From positions 7,290 through 71,289 of the forward strand of contig JBAUYF010000001.1 in NCBI GenBank assembly GCA_049584655.1: a DNA stretch of 64,000 bases, read 5' to 3'. Positions 39,105 to 48,470 of this stretch are shown piece by piece. The DNA is from Thermoplasmata archaeon. GTDB taxonomy: Archaea; Thermoplasmatota; Thermoplasmata; Lutacidiplasmatales; UBA184. A program made the translations under genes and the position numbers. Position 1 is the stretch's first letter. Every line of letters starts with the position of its first letter. Below the pieces are notes generated by a model, which ran no database searches, was not told the origin of the DNA, and worked only from the letters and a program-made list of their open reading frames with translations.

Positions 39105-41330
39105 ATGGGGGAGGCAATCACCCTCCGAGTTGCGGAAGCGTTCCAACAGGATATCGGGCTCGGGACCGCACGGCTGGACGTCCAGACCCGGCAGCGACTC
39201 AAAGTCGGCGTCGGAGACGTTATCGAGATTCGAGGGCGAAAGACGACGCCCGCGCTCGTGAGTCGCGCGCAGGCCGACGACGAAGGGAAGGGACTCATTC
39301 GCATCGAAGCCGTCGTTCGAAGGAACGCGGGCGTGAGCATCAGCGACCGCGTTCAGGTCCAGCGCGTCGATTGCCCCAATGCGGACGCCATTACGATCGC
39401 GCCGATCTACGCGGGTTCTGCCAAGATGGATTTGGGGCCCGGCCTCGAGAGTTTTGTTTCGAAGGCGCTCTCCCGCCGCCCGTTCGTCCGCGGCGACGTC
39501 TTCGTGATCCCGGGGGTCTTTCTCATGGGCGGATCGCTTCCGTTCATGGTCGTTTCGACCCAGCCAAAGGGGATCGTACAGGTCGCGCCCACTTCCCTGA
39601 TCACGATCAAAGAGGAGACCGTCAGCGAGACCGAAGTCGCGGCACCGCGGGTCTCGTACGAGGATATCGGTGGGCTCAAGGAAAAGCTCGGACGAGTACG
39701 CGAGATGATCGAGCTCCCGCTCAAGCATCCCGAACTTTTCGATAGGTTGGCCATCTCGCCCCCGAAGGGCGTACTCCTGTACGGTCCGCCCGGGACGGGG
39801 AAAACGCTCATTGCGAAAGCGGTGGCGAATGAAGCGGGAGCCCACTTCATCGGGATCCAGGGGCCCGAGATCATCTCGAAATATTACGGAGAAAGCGAGA
39901 AAGAGCTTCGAGAGAAGTTCGAAGAGGCGGAGAAGAACGCTCCCTCCGTTATTTTCATTGACGAATTGGATTCCATCGCGCCTCGACGCGATGAAGTGGT
40001 CGGCGAAGTCGAGCGACGCGTCGTGGCGCAATTGCTCACCCTGATGGATGGTCTCTCAGGGCGGGGCAATGTCATTGTCATCGCCGCGACCAACCGCGAG
40101 GAAGCGATCGATCCTGCGCTTCGTCGCCCCGGACGATTCGACCGAGAAATCGAGATTGGTGTTCCGACCCAAGCGGGACGCCTGGAGATTCTTCAGATCC
40201 ACACACGCGGGATGCCTATCGAAGGGACGGAACGGGATCGCGATCGGGTGCTCCGCGACCTGGCGGCGTTGAGCCACGGTTTCGTGGGAGCCGACTTGGC
40301 TGCTCTAGGACGGGAGGCAGCGATGCGGGCGTTGCGTCGATTCCTTCCCGAGATCGATTTTGACAAGCCGATCCCGCTCTCGCTGCTCGAGCGGATGAAG
40401 GTCACGGAACGCGACTTCAAGGAGGCGTTGAAGCAGATCGAGCCCTCGAGCCTGCGCGACGTCGCGATCGAGATCCCGACGACGAGATGGGAGGAGGTCG
40501 GCGGACTTGACCGAGTACGCCGGATCCTGGAAGAGTCGGTCGAACTCCCGTTCAAGAACCCTCAAGCGTACCGGCACATGGGCATCGAACCGCCCCGAGG
40601 CATCCTACTCTACGGCCCCCCGGGTGTCGGGAAGACCTTACTCGCAAAGGCGGCGGCGACGGAGAGTCAGGCGAACTTCATTTCGGTGAAGGGACCCGAA
40701 GTCATGAGTAAATGGGTCGGGGAGAGCGAAAAAGCGATCCGGATGATCTTCAAGAAGGCGCGACAGGCGTCTCCGGCGATCATCTTCATCGACGAGGTAG
40801 ATTCGATTGCGCCCAAACGCGGGATGCAAACTTCGAGCGGCGTAACGGAACGAATCGTGAACCAATTGCTCACCTCTATCGATGGGCTCGAATCGCTCGA
40901 GCGGGTCCTGGTCATCGCGGCGACCAATCGACCGGATATCTTGGACGAGGCGCTCCTTCGGACCGGCCGCTTCGACCGCCTGCTCTACGTGGAACCGCCG
41001 AATGCCGCTGGGCGTCTCGAAATCCTGAAAGTCCATTCACGCAAGATGCCTCTCGCCGAAGACGTGAGTCTGACCGAGCTTGCGCAACGTACGGAAGGGT
41101 TCGTGGGGAGCGACTTGGCCGCCCTGTGCCGCGAAGCCGGCCTGACCGCGATCCGCGAGAACATCAAAGCAACGACGGTGACGATGGCGCACTTCGACGA
41201 GGCGCTCAAACTCACGCATGCCTCATCGGATCCAGAGTCGCTCAAGTTCTACGAGGACTTCGCGAAGCAAGTGATGCGAGAACGAGTGAGCCGGAAGCGC
41301 GAAGAACCGATGCAGGCCATCTACCGCTAG
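39105..41330 (+). CDS. cdc48: CDC48/VCP-type AAA+ ATPase
   Basis: 741 aa with an N-domain (LRVAEA...[10 protein letters not shown]) and two AAA modules, Walker A GPPGTGKT and GPPGVGKT. Confidence 0.95.
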   Translation: MGEAITLRVAEAFQQDIGLGTARLDVQTRQRLKVGVGDVIEIRGRKTTPALVSRAQADDEGKGLIRIEAVVRRNAGVSISDRVQVQRVDCPNADAITIAPIYAGSAKMDLGPGLESFVSKALSRRPFVRGDVFVIPGVFLMGGSLPFMVVSTQPKGIVQVAPTSLITIKEETVSETEVAAPRVSYEDIGGLKEKLGRVREMIELPLKHPELFDRLAISPPKGVLLYGPPGTGKTLIAKAVANEAGAHFIGIQGPEIISKYYGESEKELREKFEEAEKNAPSVIFIDELDSIAPRRDEVVGEVERRVVAQLLTLMDGLSGRGNVIVIAATNREEAIDPALRRPGRFDREIEIGVPTQAGRLEILQIHTRGMPIEGTERDRDRVLRDLAALSHGFVGADLAALGREAAMRALRRFLPEIDFDKPIPLSLLERMKVTERDFKEALKQIEPSSLRDVAIEIPTTRWEEVGGLDRVRRILEESVELPFKNPQAYRHMGIEPPRGILLYGPPGVGKTLLAKAAATESQANFISVKGPEVMSKWVGESEKAIRMIFKKARQASPAIIFIDEVDSIAPKRGMQTSSGVTERIVNQLLTSIDGLESLERVLVIAATNRPDILDEALLRTGRFDRLLYVEPPNAAGRLEILKVHSRKMPLAEDVSLTELAQRTEGFVGSDLAALCREAGLTAIRENIKATTVTMAHFDEALKLTHASSDPESLKFYEDFAKQVMRERVSRKREEPMQAIYR

Positions 41331-41376
41331 GCGTCCGCACCCCGAGATGTCTCGCCGGTAAGTCGATGCAAGCAAG

Positions 41377-41384
41377 CTATAAGT
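41377..41384 (+). promoter_or_regulatory. TATA-like box (CTATAAGT) upstream of the surface-protein gene
   Basis: AT-rich octamer about 58 nt upstream of the GTG at 41440. Confidence 0.25.
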
Positions 41385-41439
41385 AGAGGGGCAAGGTTCG
41401 GCGCCGAGTTCGCCGATAGGGAACGAGGATCAAGGAGCA

Positions 41440-44400
41440 GTGGCATCGTTGGGAAATCGGGCGTTACGTCTCGCGTTTTGGCTGCTGCTCGTCGTGTTCT
41501 TCACGTCGACTTTGATGGGCACGCCTTTGACCCGAGCCGCCTCTCCCAACTATATTCTGCTCGGCTACGTGACGCAATCTTCCGGAGCCCCTGCCTTGCC
41601 GGGGGTCACGGTCGACCTCATGTCGCAGGCGACCCACACGGTCTACACGACCACGACCCTTCCGGGGACGAGTGGGCAGTTCAAGTTCACTCTCACGAAT
41701 ACGCAGGGCGCCCTCGCGCCGGGTTGGTGGGGCGTGTGGGTACCTCCCCAAGCGAACGATAGTCTCGTTGGCTGCACGCCGTGCGCGGTTCAGCCCCAGA
41801 ACCCGAACCCGGTCTTCGCGTACCAAACCGCCCAGACGTTGACCTCGACCGGCTCGCCCGTGGAGATCACCGGCGTTACGCTGAGCCCGTACAACTCGGT
41901 ACTCACCGGCACGGTCGACTACGCTGGGTCTCCCTATGCGGGCGCCATCGTGCAACTCCTCAACCCCACCTACGATAACTTCGCGTTGGGAAACAATACC
42001 TCCACGGCTTCGGGTGCGTTCTCGCTGAAGGTCCCGACGGGTACCTATGTCCTCCAAACGATCGTACCGGGACCGACTTCGTACTACAACTACACGCGAG
42101 TCGTCGTGACCACCGGGACCCACGCGCTCGGAGTCATTAGCGTCAACAACTACATTGTCTCGGGATCGGAATTCCTCAGCTCGAACCCCTCCGCACGGGT
42201 GCCGAACGGAGGTAACGTCACGCTCTACGACCAGTATAATGGGTACATCTATAGTGCGCCCACGTACCCCGGTGGCTACTACGCGATTGGCAGCTACTCC
42301 AACTTCTCTGGTGGCGGACACCAGCTCTTTGACGTCATTTTGAGCCCGATCGGATATGGAACGATCTACTACCCCCTCTCCGTTGGCGGGGCGGGAGGAG
42401 TCGTGCGGAACGTCTACATGTCCCCGATCGCCCCGCCCGCTCAATACCAAACGACCCTCAACTTCTCGCAGGTCAACACCACGCGCGGCACGGGTAGTCT
42501 GGCCGTCACGACTCAAGCCACCCTACTCAACGACTCGACAATCCCGATCCTCGCGAACACGAGTGTCGGGCAGATCTGGGCGCAACTTGGACTTGACTTC
42601 GATCATTCCACCAACTTCGTATCGACCAATTGGGCCGAAGTAGCGAATTGGATCAATTCCACGGGGCCCTTCTTCCCGGCCGTACAAGCGGGGGCGACCG
42701 TCAACGGGACTCTCTTCGTGCAGCCCACAACCGGCTACTCCTTCACGAACTCGACGACCTGTAGTGGCACCTGCGGCCTTACCAGCGCGGCGACGATTTC
42801 CCTCGGTTACAGCCAGAATTTCAAGCTGAACGGAACAATCCCGGCCGGTCGGAACCAGTATTCCATTGGCTTCTCGTTCCGCCATCCGACCAATTCCGAA
42901 GCGATCAACTACACCGTCGTGCTCCCGGCGGGATTCTCGCTTGCGGCGGGAACTCAGGCTCCGACCGACAGCAAACTCGTCCCGGACGCGCAAGGAACCT
43001 GGACCAGCTTTACGCTCGTCTCACAGCCCAGCCCGACGCCCGGCGGAACGGCTTCGTTCACGATCGTGAAATATACGAACGTCACGGCCAACGTGAACGT
43101 TACCTCAACTGCTTTCACCTTCTCCACCCACAACGTCCTGAATTCCTCGCACGGGGGGTTCACGGTCGTCCTTGGCCCGGGTGAGGCAGCCTCCTTCACT
43201 GGAATCAATTCCACTTTCCCGGCAGGGACCAATGGAACCAAGTTCGCGTGGGTGTGGGGCGATGGCGGCTCGAACTCGACCGGTTCACCCTCGATCAATC
43301 ACACCTACGCGGTGAGCCACGACTATCCCTACAACGGAACGTTAACGGTAACCTCGTCCGGAGGTTTGACGAACTCTACCACCTTCCATGTGTGGGTAGC
43401 TCAGGGACCGGCGGTCGCGAATATTACGACGAACGCCACGGCCGGCGAAGGGAAGAAAACGTCGGCAGGGACGTACTACCTCATGCTCAACTGGTCGCGC
43501 AATCTACAACTCAACGCGAGCGCGAGCACCTCGACAATATCGACGGGTCCTTCGGTCCCGCCCGGGGTCATTTCCGTCGCGTCGTGGACGATCGTCGCTC
43601 ACAACTACAACAAGACGGCCAACTATTCCTGGAGCGCGAGCGTCAATCCGTTCTCGAATCTGACCCTGCCTTTCCTGGGAGCCGGTTACTATCTGAGCAA
43701 CGGGACGGTCGGATCCGTTCGAGTCCCCTTCCTCGGCTGGCAATACAACGTCACGTTGACCGTTTGGGATGCGGCGGGATATCAAGCGAGCACGACCCTC
43801 GTCATCTTGGTCCAAGATACCCAAAAACCCGTCGCGTCGTTCCAACTGTTGAACGGAGGGAGCAAGGTCATTTCCGGTAGCGGGGTCATCGAGGGCGCGA
43901 ATCACACCGCGATGGTCCAGTTCGATGCCCGGAACTCCACCGACCCGAACAATGGAACGATCGTAAAGTACGTTTGGAACGTCACGAACAATCAGTCCGG
44001 CTACGCGCGTCGGATGCCATTACAGACCGCCACTCCACCCTATCAGACGACCGCCAGCCCGTATCCTCGACTATGGCTCGCTCCGTCGACCAAAGCCTAC
44101 AACGTCAATCTGACCGTGACGGACCGCGCCGGTAATGTGGCTTGGTCGACCGGTACGGTCACGATCTCCATCAATTCGACCACGCGCCCGATCATGAAGG
44201 CGAGTAACCTCACCGGCCCCTCGACCCTCACCGCCGGTTCCTCGTACACGTACTGGGTCAACGTCACCACCGGGGGCGGAACGCTCGCGGTCGCTCAGAA
44301 TGTCACTGTGAACTGGTACACCCTCTCCCCCAGCGGCGGAGGCAGCCCGAGCTACATCGTCAGCAATCATTCAGTTCAGTTCTACAACTACACCTCACCC

Positions 44401-44784
44401 GGCGTTCCGAACAGCTCGCCGTTCGCGAGCGGAACGATCTCGCTCTCGTACAATCAGACCGTGCGGGCGGTCGTCCACTGGACCCCCTCCACCTCGGGGA
44501 ATTTCGTCCTCTACGCGAACGTGACCGCGACCAATGAGTTCGCCGGCGATTATCCGTCGGGTCCGCAGATCGCCGAAATGTCGATCACGGTGAATCCCAA
44601 CCCGCTCACCCTCGCGCTCGAGTACGGGGCGATCGCCGCGGTCGCCGTCGTGGTGATCGTGCTCCTGATCATCTTCTACCGCCGCCGAGTCTCCCGCGGG
44701 ACGACCAAGGCTTCGTCTTCCTCTCGATCCGGCCTCATCCGCGGCAAGCGTTCCTCCGATGAGGGCGAAGACGACGACTCGTAA
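41440..44784 (+). CDS. Large secreted, C-terminally membrane-anchored surface glycoprotein (S-layer candidate) with PKD-like repeats
   Basis: N-terminal signal peptide (LRLAFWLLLVVFFTSTLMG). About 48 N-x-S/T sequons by hand count. PKD-like motif WVWGDGGSNSTGSPSINHTY...YNGTLTVT. C-terminal TM helix (GAIAAVAVVVIVLLIIF) followed by RRR and an acidic tail. Confidence 0.8.
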   Translation: MASLGNRALRLAFWLLLVVFFTSTLMGTPLTRAASPNYILLGYVTQSSGAPALPGVTVDLMSQATHTVYTTTTLPGTSGQFKFTLTNTQGALAPGWWGVWVPPQANDSLVGCTPCAVQPQNPNPVFAYQTAQTLTSTGSPVEITGVTLSPYNSVLTGTVDYAGSPYAGAIVQLLNPTYDNFALGNNTSTASGAFSLKVPTGTYVLQTIVPGPTSYYNYTRVVVTTGTHALGVISVNNYIVSGSEFLSSNPSARVPNGGNVTLYDQYNGYIYSAPTYPGGYYAIGSYSNFSGGGHQLFDVILSPIGYGTIYYPLSVGGAGGVVRNVYMSPIAPPAQYQTTLNFSQVNTTRGTGSLAVTTQATLLNDSTIPILANTSVGQIWAQLGLDFDHSTNFVSTNWAEVANWINSTGPFFPAVQAGATVNGTLFVQPTTGYSFTNSTTCSGTCGLTSAATISLGYSQNFKLNGTIPAGRNQYSIGFSFRHPTNSEAINYTVVLPAGFSLAAGTQAPTDSKLVPDAQGTWTSFTLVSQPSPTPGGTASFTIVKYTNVTANVNVTSTAFTFSTHNVLNSSHGGFTVVLGPGEAASFTGINSTFPAGTNGTKFAWVWGDGGSNSTGSPSINHTYAVSHDYPYNGTLTVTSSGGLTNSTTFHVWVAQGPAVANITTNATAGEGKKTSAGTYYLMLNWSRNLQLNASASTSTISTGPSVPPGVISVASWTIVAHNYNKTANYSWSASVNPFSNLTLPFLGAGYYLSNGTVGSVRVPFLGWQYNVTLTVWDAAGYQASTTLVILVQDTQKPVASFQLLNGGSKVISGSGVIEGANHTAMVQFDARNSTDPNNGTIVKYVWNVTNNQSGYARRMPLQTATPPYQTTASPYPRLWLAPSTKAYNVNLTVTDRAGNVAWSTGTVTISINSTTRPIMKASNLTGPSTLTAGSSYTYWVNVTTGGGTLAVAQNVTVNWYTLSPSGGGSPSYIVSNHSVQFYNYTSPGVPNSSPFASGTISLSYNQTVRAVVHWTPSTSGNFVLYANVTATNEFAGDYPSGPQIAEMSITVNPNPLTLALEYGAIAAVAVVVIVLLIIFYRRRVSRGTTKASSSSRSGLIRGKRSSDEGEDDDS

Positions 44785-44833
44785 GAATGGATTCGCGGCC
44801 TTCGCCGCACGAGCATTAATCGAAATTCAAGAT

Positions 44834-44850
44834 CGCGGTACATGACCGCG
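44834..44850. terminator. Short hairpin between convergent genes
   Basis: CGCGGT-acatg-ACCGCG, a 6-bp stem between the surface-protein gene (ends 44784) and rpoN (ends 44870). Function not established. Confidence 0.2.
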
Positions 44851-44869
44851 GAGGAAGATCGGACGCGAT

Positions 44870-45067
44870 TCAGCCGTAGGGGCCGACTTCGTCCAATAGG
44901 TCGACGTGCGTGAGGAGCATCCGTCGGCAGCAGTAGCGCTCCAATCCGAGGGCATTCAGGACTTCCCCTGCCGGCTCGCCGCGGCTCGTCCGCTCGCGGA
45001 ACTGATCCCAGTGTTGTCCAATGACCGCTCCGCACGTGAAACAGCGGACCGGTACCATCATCGTCAT
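44870..45067 (-). CDS. rpoN: DNA-directed RNA polymerase subunit N (Rpb10 homolog)
   Basis: MMVPVRCFTCGAVIG...LERYCCRRMLLTHVDL. The start may be M3 or M4. Confidence 0.9.
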   Translation of the reverse strand: MTMMVPVRCFTCGAVIGQHWDQFRERTSRGEPAGEVLNALGLERYCCRRMLLTHVDLLDEVGPYG

Positions 45068-45092
45068 GGAAATCTCGTCCTCCCCGAGCGTC

Positions 45093-45500
45093 TCACCGAT
45101 AAGACTTCTGGCGTCGCTTGCGCGCGCCGCGTCCCCCGGGTCGCTTCGGGAGCTTGCGCCGCGGGTCGTTCACCAAGAGCGATCGGTCGTAGTGTTTGAA
45201 CATCTCATTCAAGCTCGCGTCCTTGAGCCAGGCGAGGAGGCCCCGGGCCACGGCGGTCCGTGCCGCCGAGGCTTGGCCCATGATCCCACCGCCGGTCACG
45301 GTAACCGAGATGTCGATCCCCTTCCATCGGTCGCCGACCATCAGCAAGGGTTCCTGGATCTTGAGCCGCACGAGCTCGGGTTCGAGAATCTCGAGCGGTC
45401 GACGGTTGACGCGTACCTGCCCATTCCCCTTCTGGAGGGTCGCGCGGGCGATGGCGGTCTTCCGCTTGCCGGTAGCCAGGACGACGTGCGGGGCCTTCAA
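45093..45500 (-). CDS. rps9: 30S ribosomal protein S9 (uS9)
   Basis: GKRKTAIARA..., GGGIMGQASAARTAVARGL, and the C-terminus RKRRQKSYR. Confidence 0.95.
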   Translation of the reverse strand: MKAPHVVLATGKRKTAIARATLQKGNGQVRVNRRPLEILEPELVRLKIQEPLLMVGDRWKGIDISVTVTGGGIMGQASAARTAVARGLLAWLKDASLNEMFKHYDRSLLVNDPRRKLPKRPGGRGARKRRQKSYR

Positions 45501-45994
45501 ATCCGAGCCCCCAGGAGCCGCGTGATCTCTTCCAGCGTAACGGGAGGTCGCAGTGCGGGCCGTACCTTAGCGCCGTCCAGAGTCTGCTTGGCAGCCTCCT
45601 GATATTCCGGTGGAGTCCCGATGAAAACTTCGAGGCGGTCAAACGCTTCCTTTCCACGGGTCTTGAGATGGGGGACCATCCCGCGCACGGTCCTCCGAAA
45701 GATGCGGTCCGGGTACCGGGGATAATGGGGTCCCATCCGTTTGGATCCTCGAGCGCGATTAGTTGTGTACTCTGCGAGCACGTTTTCGCGCGATCCGGTA
45801 ATCACGCACTTTTCTGAGTTGACAACGACGATCGATTCGCCGGCGAGGAGCCGCTGCGCGATCAGGCTCGCCGCCCTTCCCAAAACGAGCCCAGTCGCAT
45901 CGATTACGGCAGGGGCCGCACCCGCAGGCGCCGAGTGGTCCCGCCCTGGTGCTTCAGCCAACGAGCCGCACCCCCGAACCATCGGGTTTGGCAC
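45497..45994 (-). CDS. rpl13: 50S ribosomal protein L13 (uL13)
   Basis: VIDATGLVLGRAASLIAQRLLAGESIVVVNSEKCVITG. Its stop overlaps the rps9 start. Confidence 0.9.
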   Translation of the reverse strand: MPNPMVRGCGSLAEAPGRDHSAPAGAAPAVIDATGLVLGRAASLIAQRLLAGESIVVVNSEKCVITGSRENVLAEYTTNRARGSKRMGPHYPRYPDRIFRRTVRGMVPHLKTRGKEAFDRLEVFIGTPPEYQEAAKQTLDGAKVRPALRPPVTLEEITRLLGARI

Positions 45995-46319
45995 GCAAAA
46001 GCTCGTGAATCGTCAAGGCCTTCCCGCCGGCGGCGTGGATTTTCGCCCGCGCTTCGGCGGAGTAGTGAAACGCAGCGACCGTCATCGGTTTCGTGAGCGC
46101 GCCCTCCGCGAGCAACTTTCCGGGCACCACGACCGTTTCCTGCGCGGCCACGAGTCGCTCGAGATTCCCGACGTTGACGGGGTCGGTTTGATGACGCGGG
46201 CGGGCGAGCCGCTCGGCTACGGACTGCCAAATTGGCGCCTTGTGCGACTTAGCCGCTCGACGTAGTTCCACGAGCACGTGACGTAGCTCGGGATTCTCCT
46301 TACGGATCGTACGAAGCAT
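45954..46319 (-). CDS. rpl18e: 50S ribosomal protein L18e (eL18)
   Basis: NPELRHVLVELRRAAKSHKAPIWQSVAERLARPR, at the conventional position ahead of rpl13-rps9-rpoN. Confidence 0.9.
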   Translation of the reverse strand: MLRTIRKENPELRHVLVELRRAAKSHKAPIWQSVAERLARPRHQTDPVNVGNLERLVAAQETVVVPGKLLAEGALTKPMTVAAFHYSAEARAKIHAAGGKALTIHELLRAKPDGSGVRLVG

Positions 46320-46346
46320 GGCGGGTCGCCCACGACCCGGGTGGCC

Positions 46347-46355
46347 GATATAAGG
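46347..46355 (-). promoter_or_regulatory. TATA-like box (CCTTATATC on the minus strand) for the rpl18e-rpl13-rps9-rpoN operon
   Basis: Centred about 30 nt upstream of the rpl18e ATG (46319), implying a very short leader. Confidence 0.35.
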
Positions 46356-46449
46356 ATTGCCGGAAAGCGCGTTCGCGCGGCCGGTACGTTTCTCCTCCGC
46401 CGACCGGCAACCACGTGTTGCGTCCGTTGTTTCCTCTCTCGAACAACGG

Positions 46450-46457
46450 TTAAATAA
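46450..46457 (+). promoter_or_regulatory. TATA-like box (TTAAATAA) for the PRC-barrel gene
   Basis: About 34 nt upstream of the ATG at 46488, immediately preceded by an 8-bp hairpin (CCGTTGTT...AACAACGG). Confidence 0.35.
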
Positions 46458-46487
46458 GGTGCCTCACCATCGTGCAGCGAGGACGAC

Positions 46488-46730
46488 ATGCGCAAGTTTC
46501 TATCCGAGCTTCGCGGCAAGACCGTAATGACGAACGACGGACAGATCTTGGGCATGATCGAAAACTTCGTCGTCGACACGCAATCCGGGGGCATCGCGCA
46601 CGTATTGGTGACCCCGAGTGAGGATGTCGAAGCTCGGCTGTTTCAGACCGATGGCTCCGGCCGCTTAGTGCTCCCTTTCAAGAGCATGCGCGCGGTGAAG
46701 GATGTCGTCGTGATGGACATTGGGAAGTAA
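46488..46730 (+). CDS. PRC-barrel domain protein
   Basis: LRGKTVMTNDGQILGMIENFVVDTQSGGIAHVLV... is a typical small archaeal PRC-barrel protein. Confidence 0.7.
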   Translation: MRKFLSELRGKTVMTNDGQILGMIENFVVDTQSGGIAHVLVTPSEDVEARLFQTDGSGRLVLPFKSMRAVKDVVVMDIGK

Positions 46731-47589
46731 TCCTACCGACGCGCCCTTCATTTCGATCGTCGTCACCGTTCGGAGCGAAGCGCCGCATTTGCGGCAGCTC
46801 TTCGATAGCCTCCTTGTCCAGGAGGAACCATACGAAGTCGTCCTTGTCGACGCACTCTCCCGGGACGGAACGTGGGAGATCGCGCAGTCCTACGCGGCAC
46901 GGTACCCGGCGCGTTTTCGCGTATTTCAGAAATACGGCTCGCGCGGCATCGGTCGGAACGCCGGGGTAGCGGCGGCAAAGGGGTCGTTCATCGTATTCAT
47001 TGACGGAGATTGCATCGCTGACTCCCAATGGCTGCAGGCGATGCGTCGTGGGTTTCGTAACTCGCTGGTCGTGGCGGGACGGACGGTACCGCTGGGTCGC
47101 TCGCGCTTCGGGCCACTCGAACGGGTTGAGCTCTACCAGCACGGGAACGACGTGACCTATCCGAGTTGCAATCTCGGTTATCAGCGGGCCCTCTTCGAAC
47201 AACTAGGAGGCTTTGACCCGCGCTTCATCACGGCTGAGGATATCGACCTTAATCTCCGCGCGGTACGCGCGGGGGCTACGATCGTTTTCATCCCGACGGC
47301 GATCGTCTACCACTACCTCCGGGCGACCATGGTCCGATTCCTCTTCCAAGCGTTTTGGAACGGATACGGCCGCAAGCAATTGACTGAAAAACAGGGATCG
47401 TTGTGGGGCAACTATCGAGTGAGCCGGTTGCTCCAAAACCAACGCTCTCCCATGGCCTGGACCCGCATCACGGCCGCCCTCGGAGGCTACTTCGCTCGAG
47501 TGGTGACCGGGGTCGGCGAGCGGCTGAGCGCGGAACCGTCCGAGATGCCCGTTCGCGAAAAGGACCCTGCCGCGGGAACCGGGGTCTGA
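46720..47589 (+). CDS. Glycosyltransferase family 2
   Basis: ISIVVTVRSEAPHL...EVVLVDALSRDGT...FIDGDC (DxD) ...AEDIDL is the GT-A fold signature. Confidence 0.8.
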   Translation: MGSNPTDAPFISIVVTVRSEAPHLRQLFDSLLVQEEPYEVVLVDALSRDGTWEIAQSYAARYPARFRVFQKYGSRGIGRNAGVAAAKGSFIVFIDGDCIADSQWLQAMRRGFRNSLVVAGRTVPLGRSRFGPLERVELYQHGNDVTYPSCNLGYQRALFEQLGGFDPRFITAEDIDLNLRAVRAGATIVFIPTAIVYHYLRATMVRFLFQAFWNGYGRKQLTEKQGSLWGNYRVSRLLQNQRSPMAWTRITAALGGYFARVVTGVGERLSAEPSEMPVREKDPAAGTGV

Positions 47590-47621
47590 TTCTACCCGCC
47601 TCGCGGCGCTGCGGATGCCGA

Positions 47622-47981
47622 CTACGCGGCCTTCAGAAGTTCCGCGACCTTGACCGCCTCGGCTAGGATCTTGTTGGCATCGGCGCTCTGATCGACTACA
47701 GCGACCAAGAGTGCTTTCTTTCCGCTGCCCACGATGATTGTCTTGGAATCGTTCCCCTCGATCACGATTCGCTCGGGCGGCGCCCGATTCAGCTCGGTAT
47801 TCGCGGTCGCGGCCGCGCCGAGGATCGTCGCGCACATGATTGCAAAGGTCTCCGTATACACGCCCGCCGGCACGTCCGCGTACAGGACGAGCCCATCTCG
47901 AGAAACGAGGGCGGTCGCGATACCCGAGATGCGAGTCTTGAGGTCCTTGATCACAGCCCCGACATTACCCGTTGCCATCAT
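47622..47981 (-). CDS. Roadblock/LC7 (MglB-like) domain protein
   Basis: GIATALVSRDGLVLYADVP...ETFAIMCATILGAA...ALLVAVVD is the Robl_LC7 pattern. Confidence 0.8.
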   Translation of the reverse strand: MMATGNVGAVIKDLKTRISGIATALVSRDGLVLYADVPAGVYTETFAIMCATILGAAATANTELNRAPPERIVIEGNDSKTIIVGSGKKALLVAVVDQSADANKILAEAVKVAELLKAA

Positions 47982-47992
47982 AGTGGGGGTTT

Positions 47993-48394
47993 CTACAGCT
48001 CCTCAATACGGAATCGACATTCGGCGTTGCCGGTGGACGCACACATCTCTTCCGTACACTTAACGCGCCCCCCCTTAAAACGTTCGTAGAACTCGCGGAG
48101 GATCCCCCGTAGGCGGTGGCAGGTGGGGATATCGCTCGGAGAGACCTCGATCGACCCTTTCACGATGACTTCGGTGTCCGAAAAGGTGACCTCTTCGATC
48201 CAGCCGCGCTCCTTGAGCGCTTGTCCGGCCTTCTCGTAGAAGTGCGGTCGGTCCTTGAGCGCTTCTTGCGCCATGTCCGAACCGATGACCGAGCCTTCCT
48301 TGAAGAACAGTCCATGACAGGCGTGGGACATGACCCCCTCGTAGAGTTCCTGGATACGATGGAGGTCGGACTGGTTCAATTTGACATAGCGCAT
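47993..48394 (-). CDS. V4R (4-vinyl reductase-like) domain protein
   Basis: 133 aa. The C-terminal region with CHRLRG...CTEEMCASTGNAECRFRIE resembles the Cys-bearing end of V4R domains. It lies adjacent to the roadblock gene. Confidence 0.5.
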   Translation of the reverse strand: MRYVKLNQSDLHRIQELYEGVMSHACHGLFFKEGSVIGSDMAQEALKDRPHFYEKAGQALKERGWIEEVTFSDTEVIVKGSIEVSPSDIPTCHRLRGILREFYERFKGGRVKCTEEMCASTGNAECRFRIEEL

Positions 48395-48470
48395 ATACGC
48401 CGGTGGGACCGTTCCGCCCCTCTATTAAGGTGTCGTGAGGACGGTATCACCGCGCGCTCGCATGACTCCT

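Noticed and set aside
38580-40031. 483-aa minus-strand ORF
   Set aside because: Antisense to DUF72 and cdc48, whose AAA+ motifs are unequivocal on the plus strand.
41464-42516. 350-aa minus-strand ORF
   Set aside because: Antisense to the surface-protein gene. The translation is dominated by R/G/V/D.
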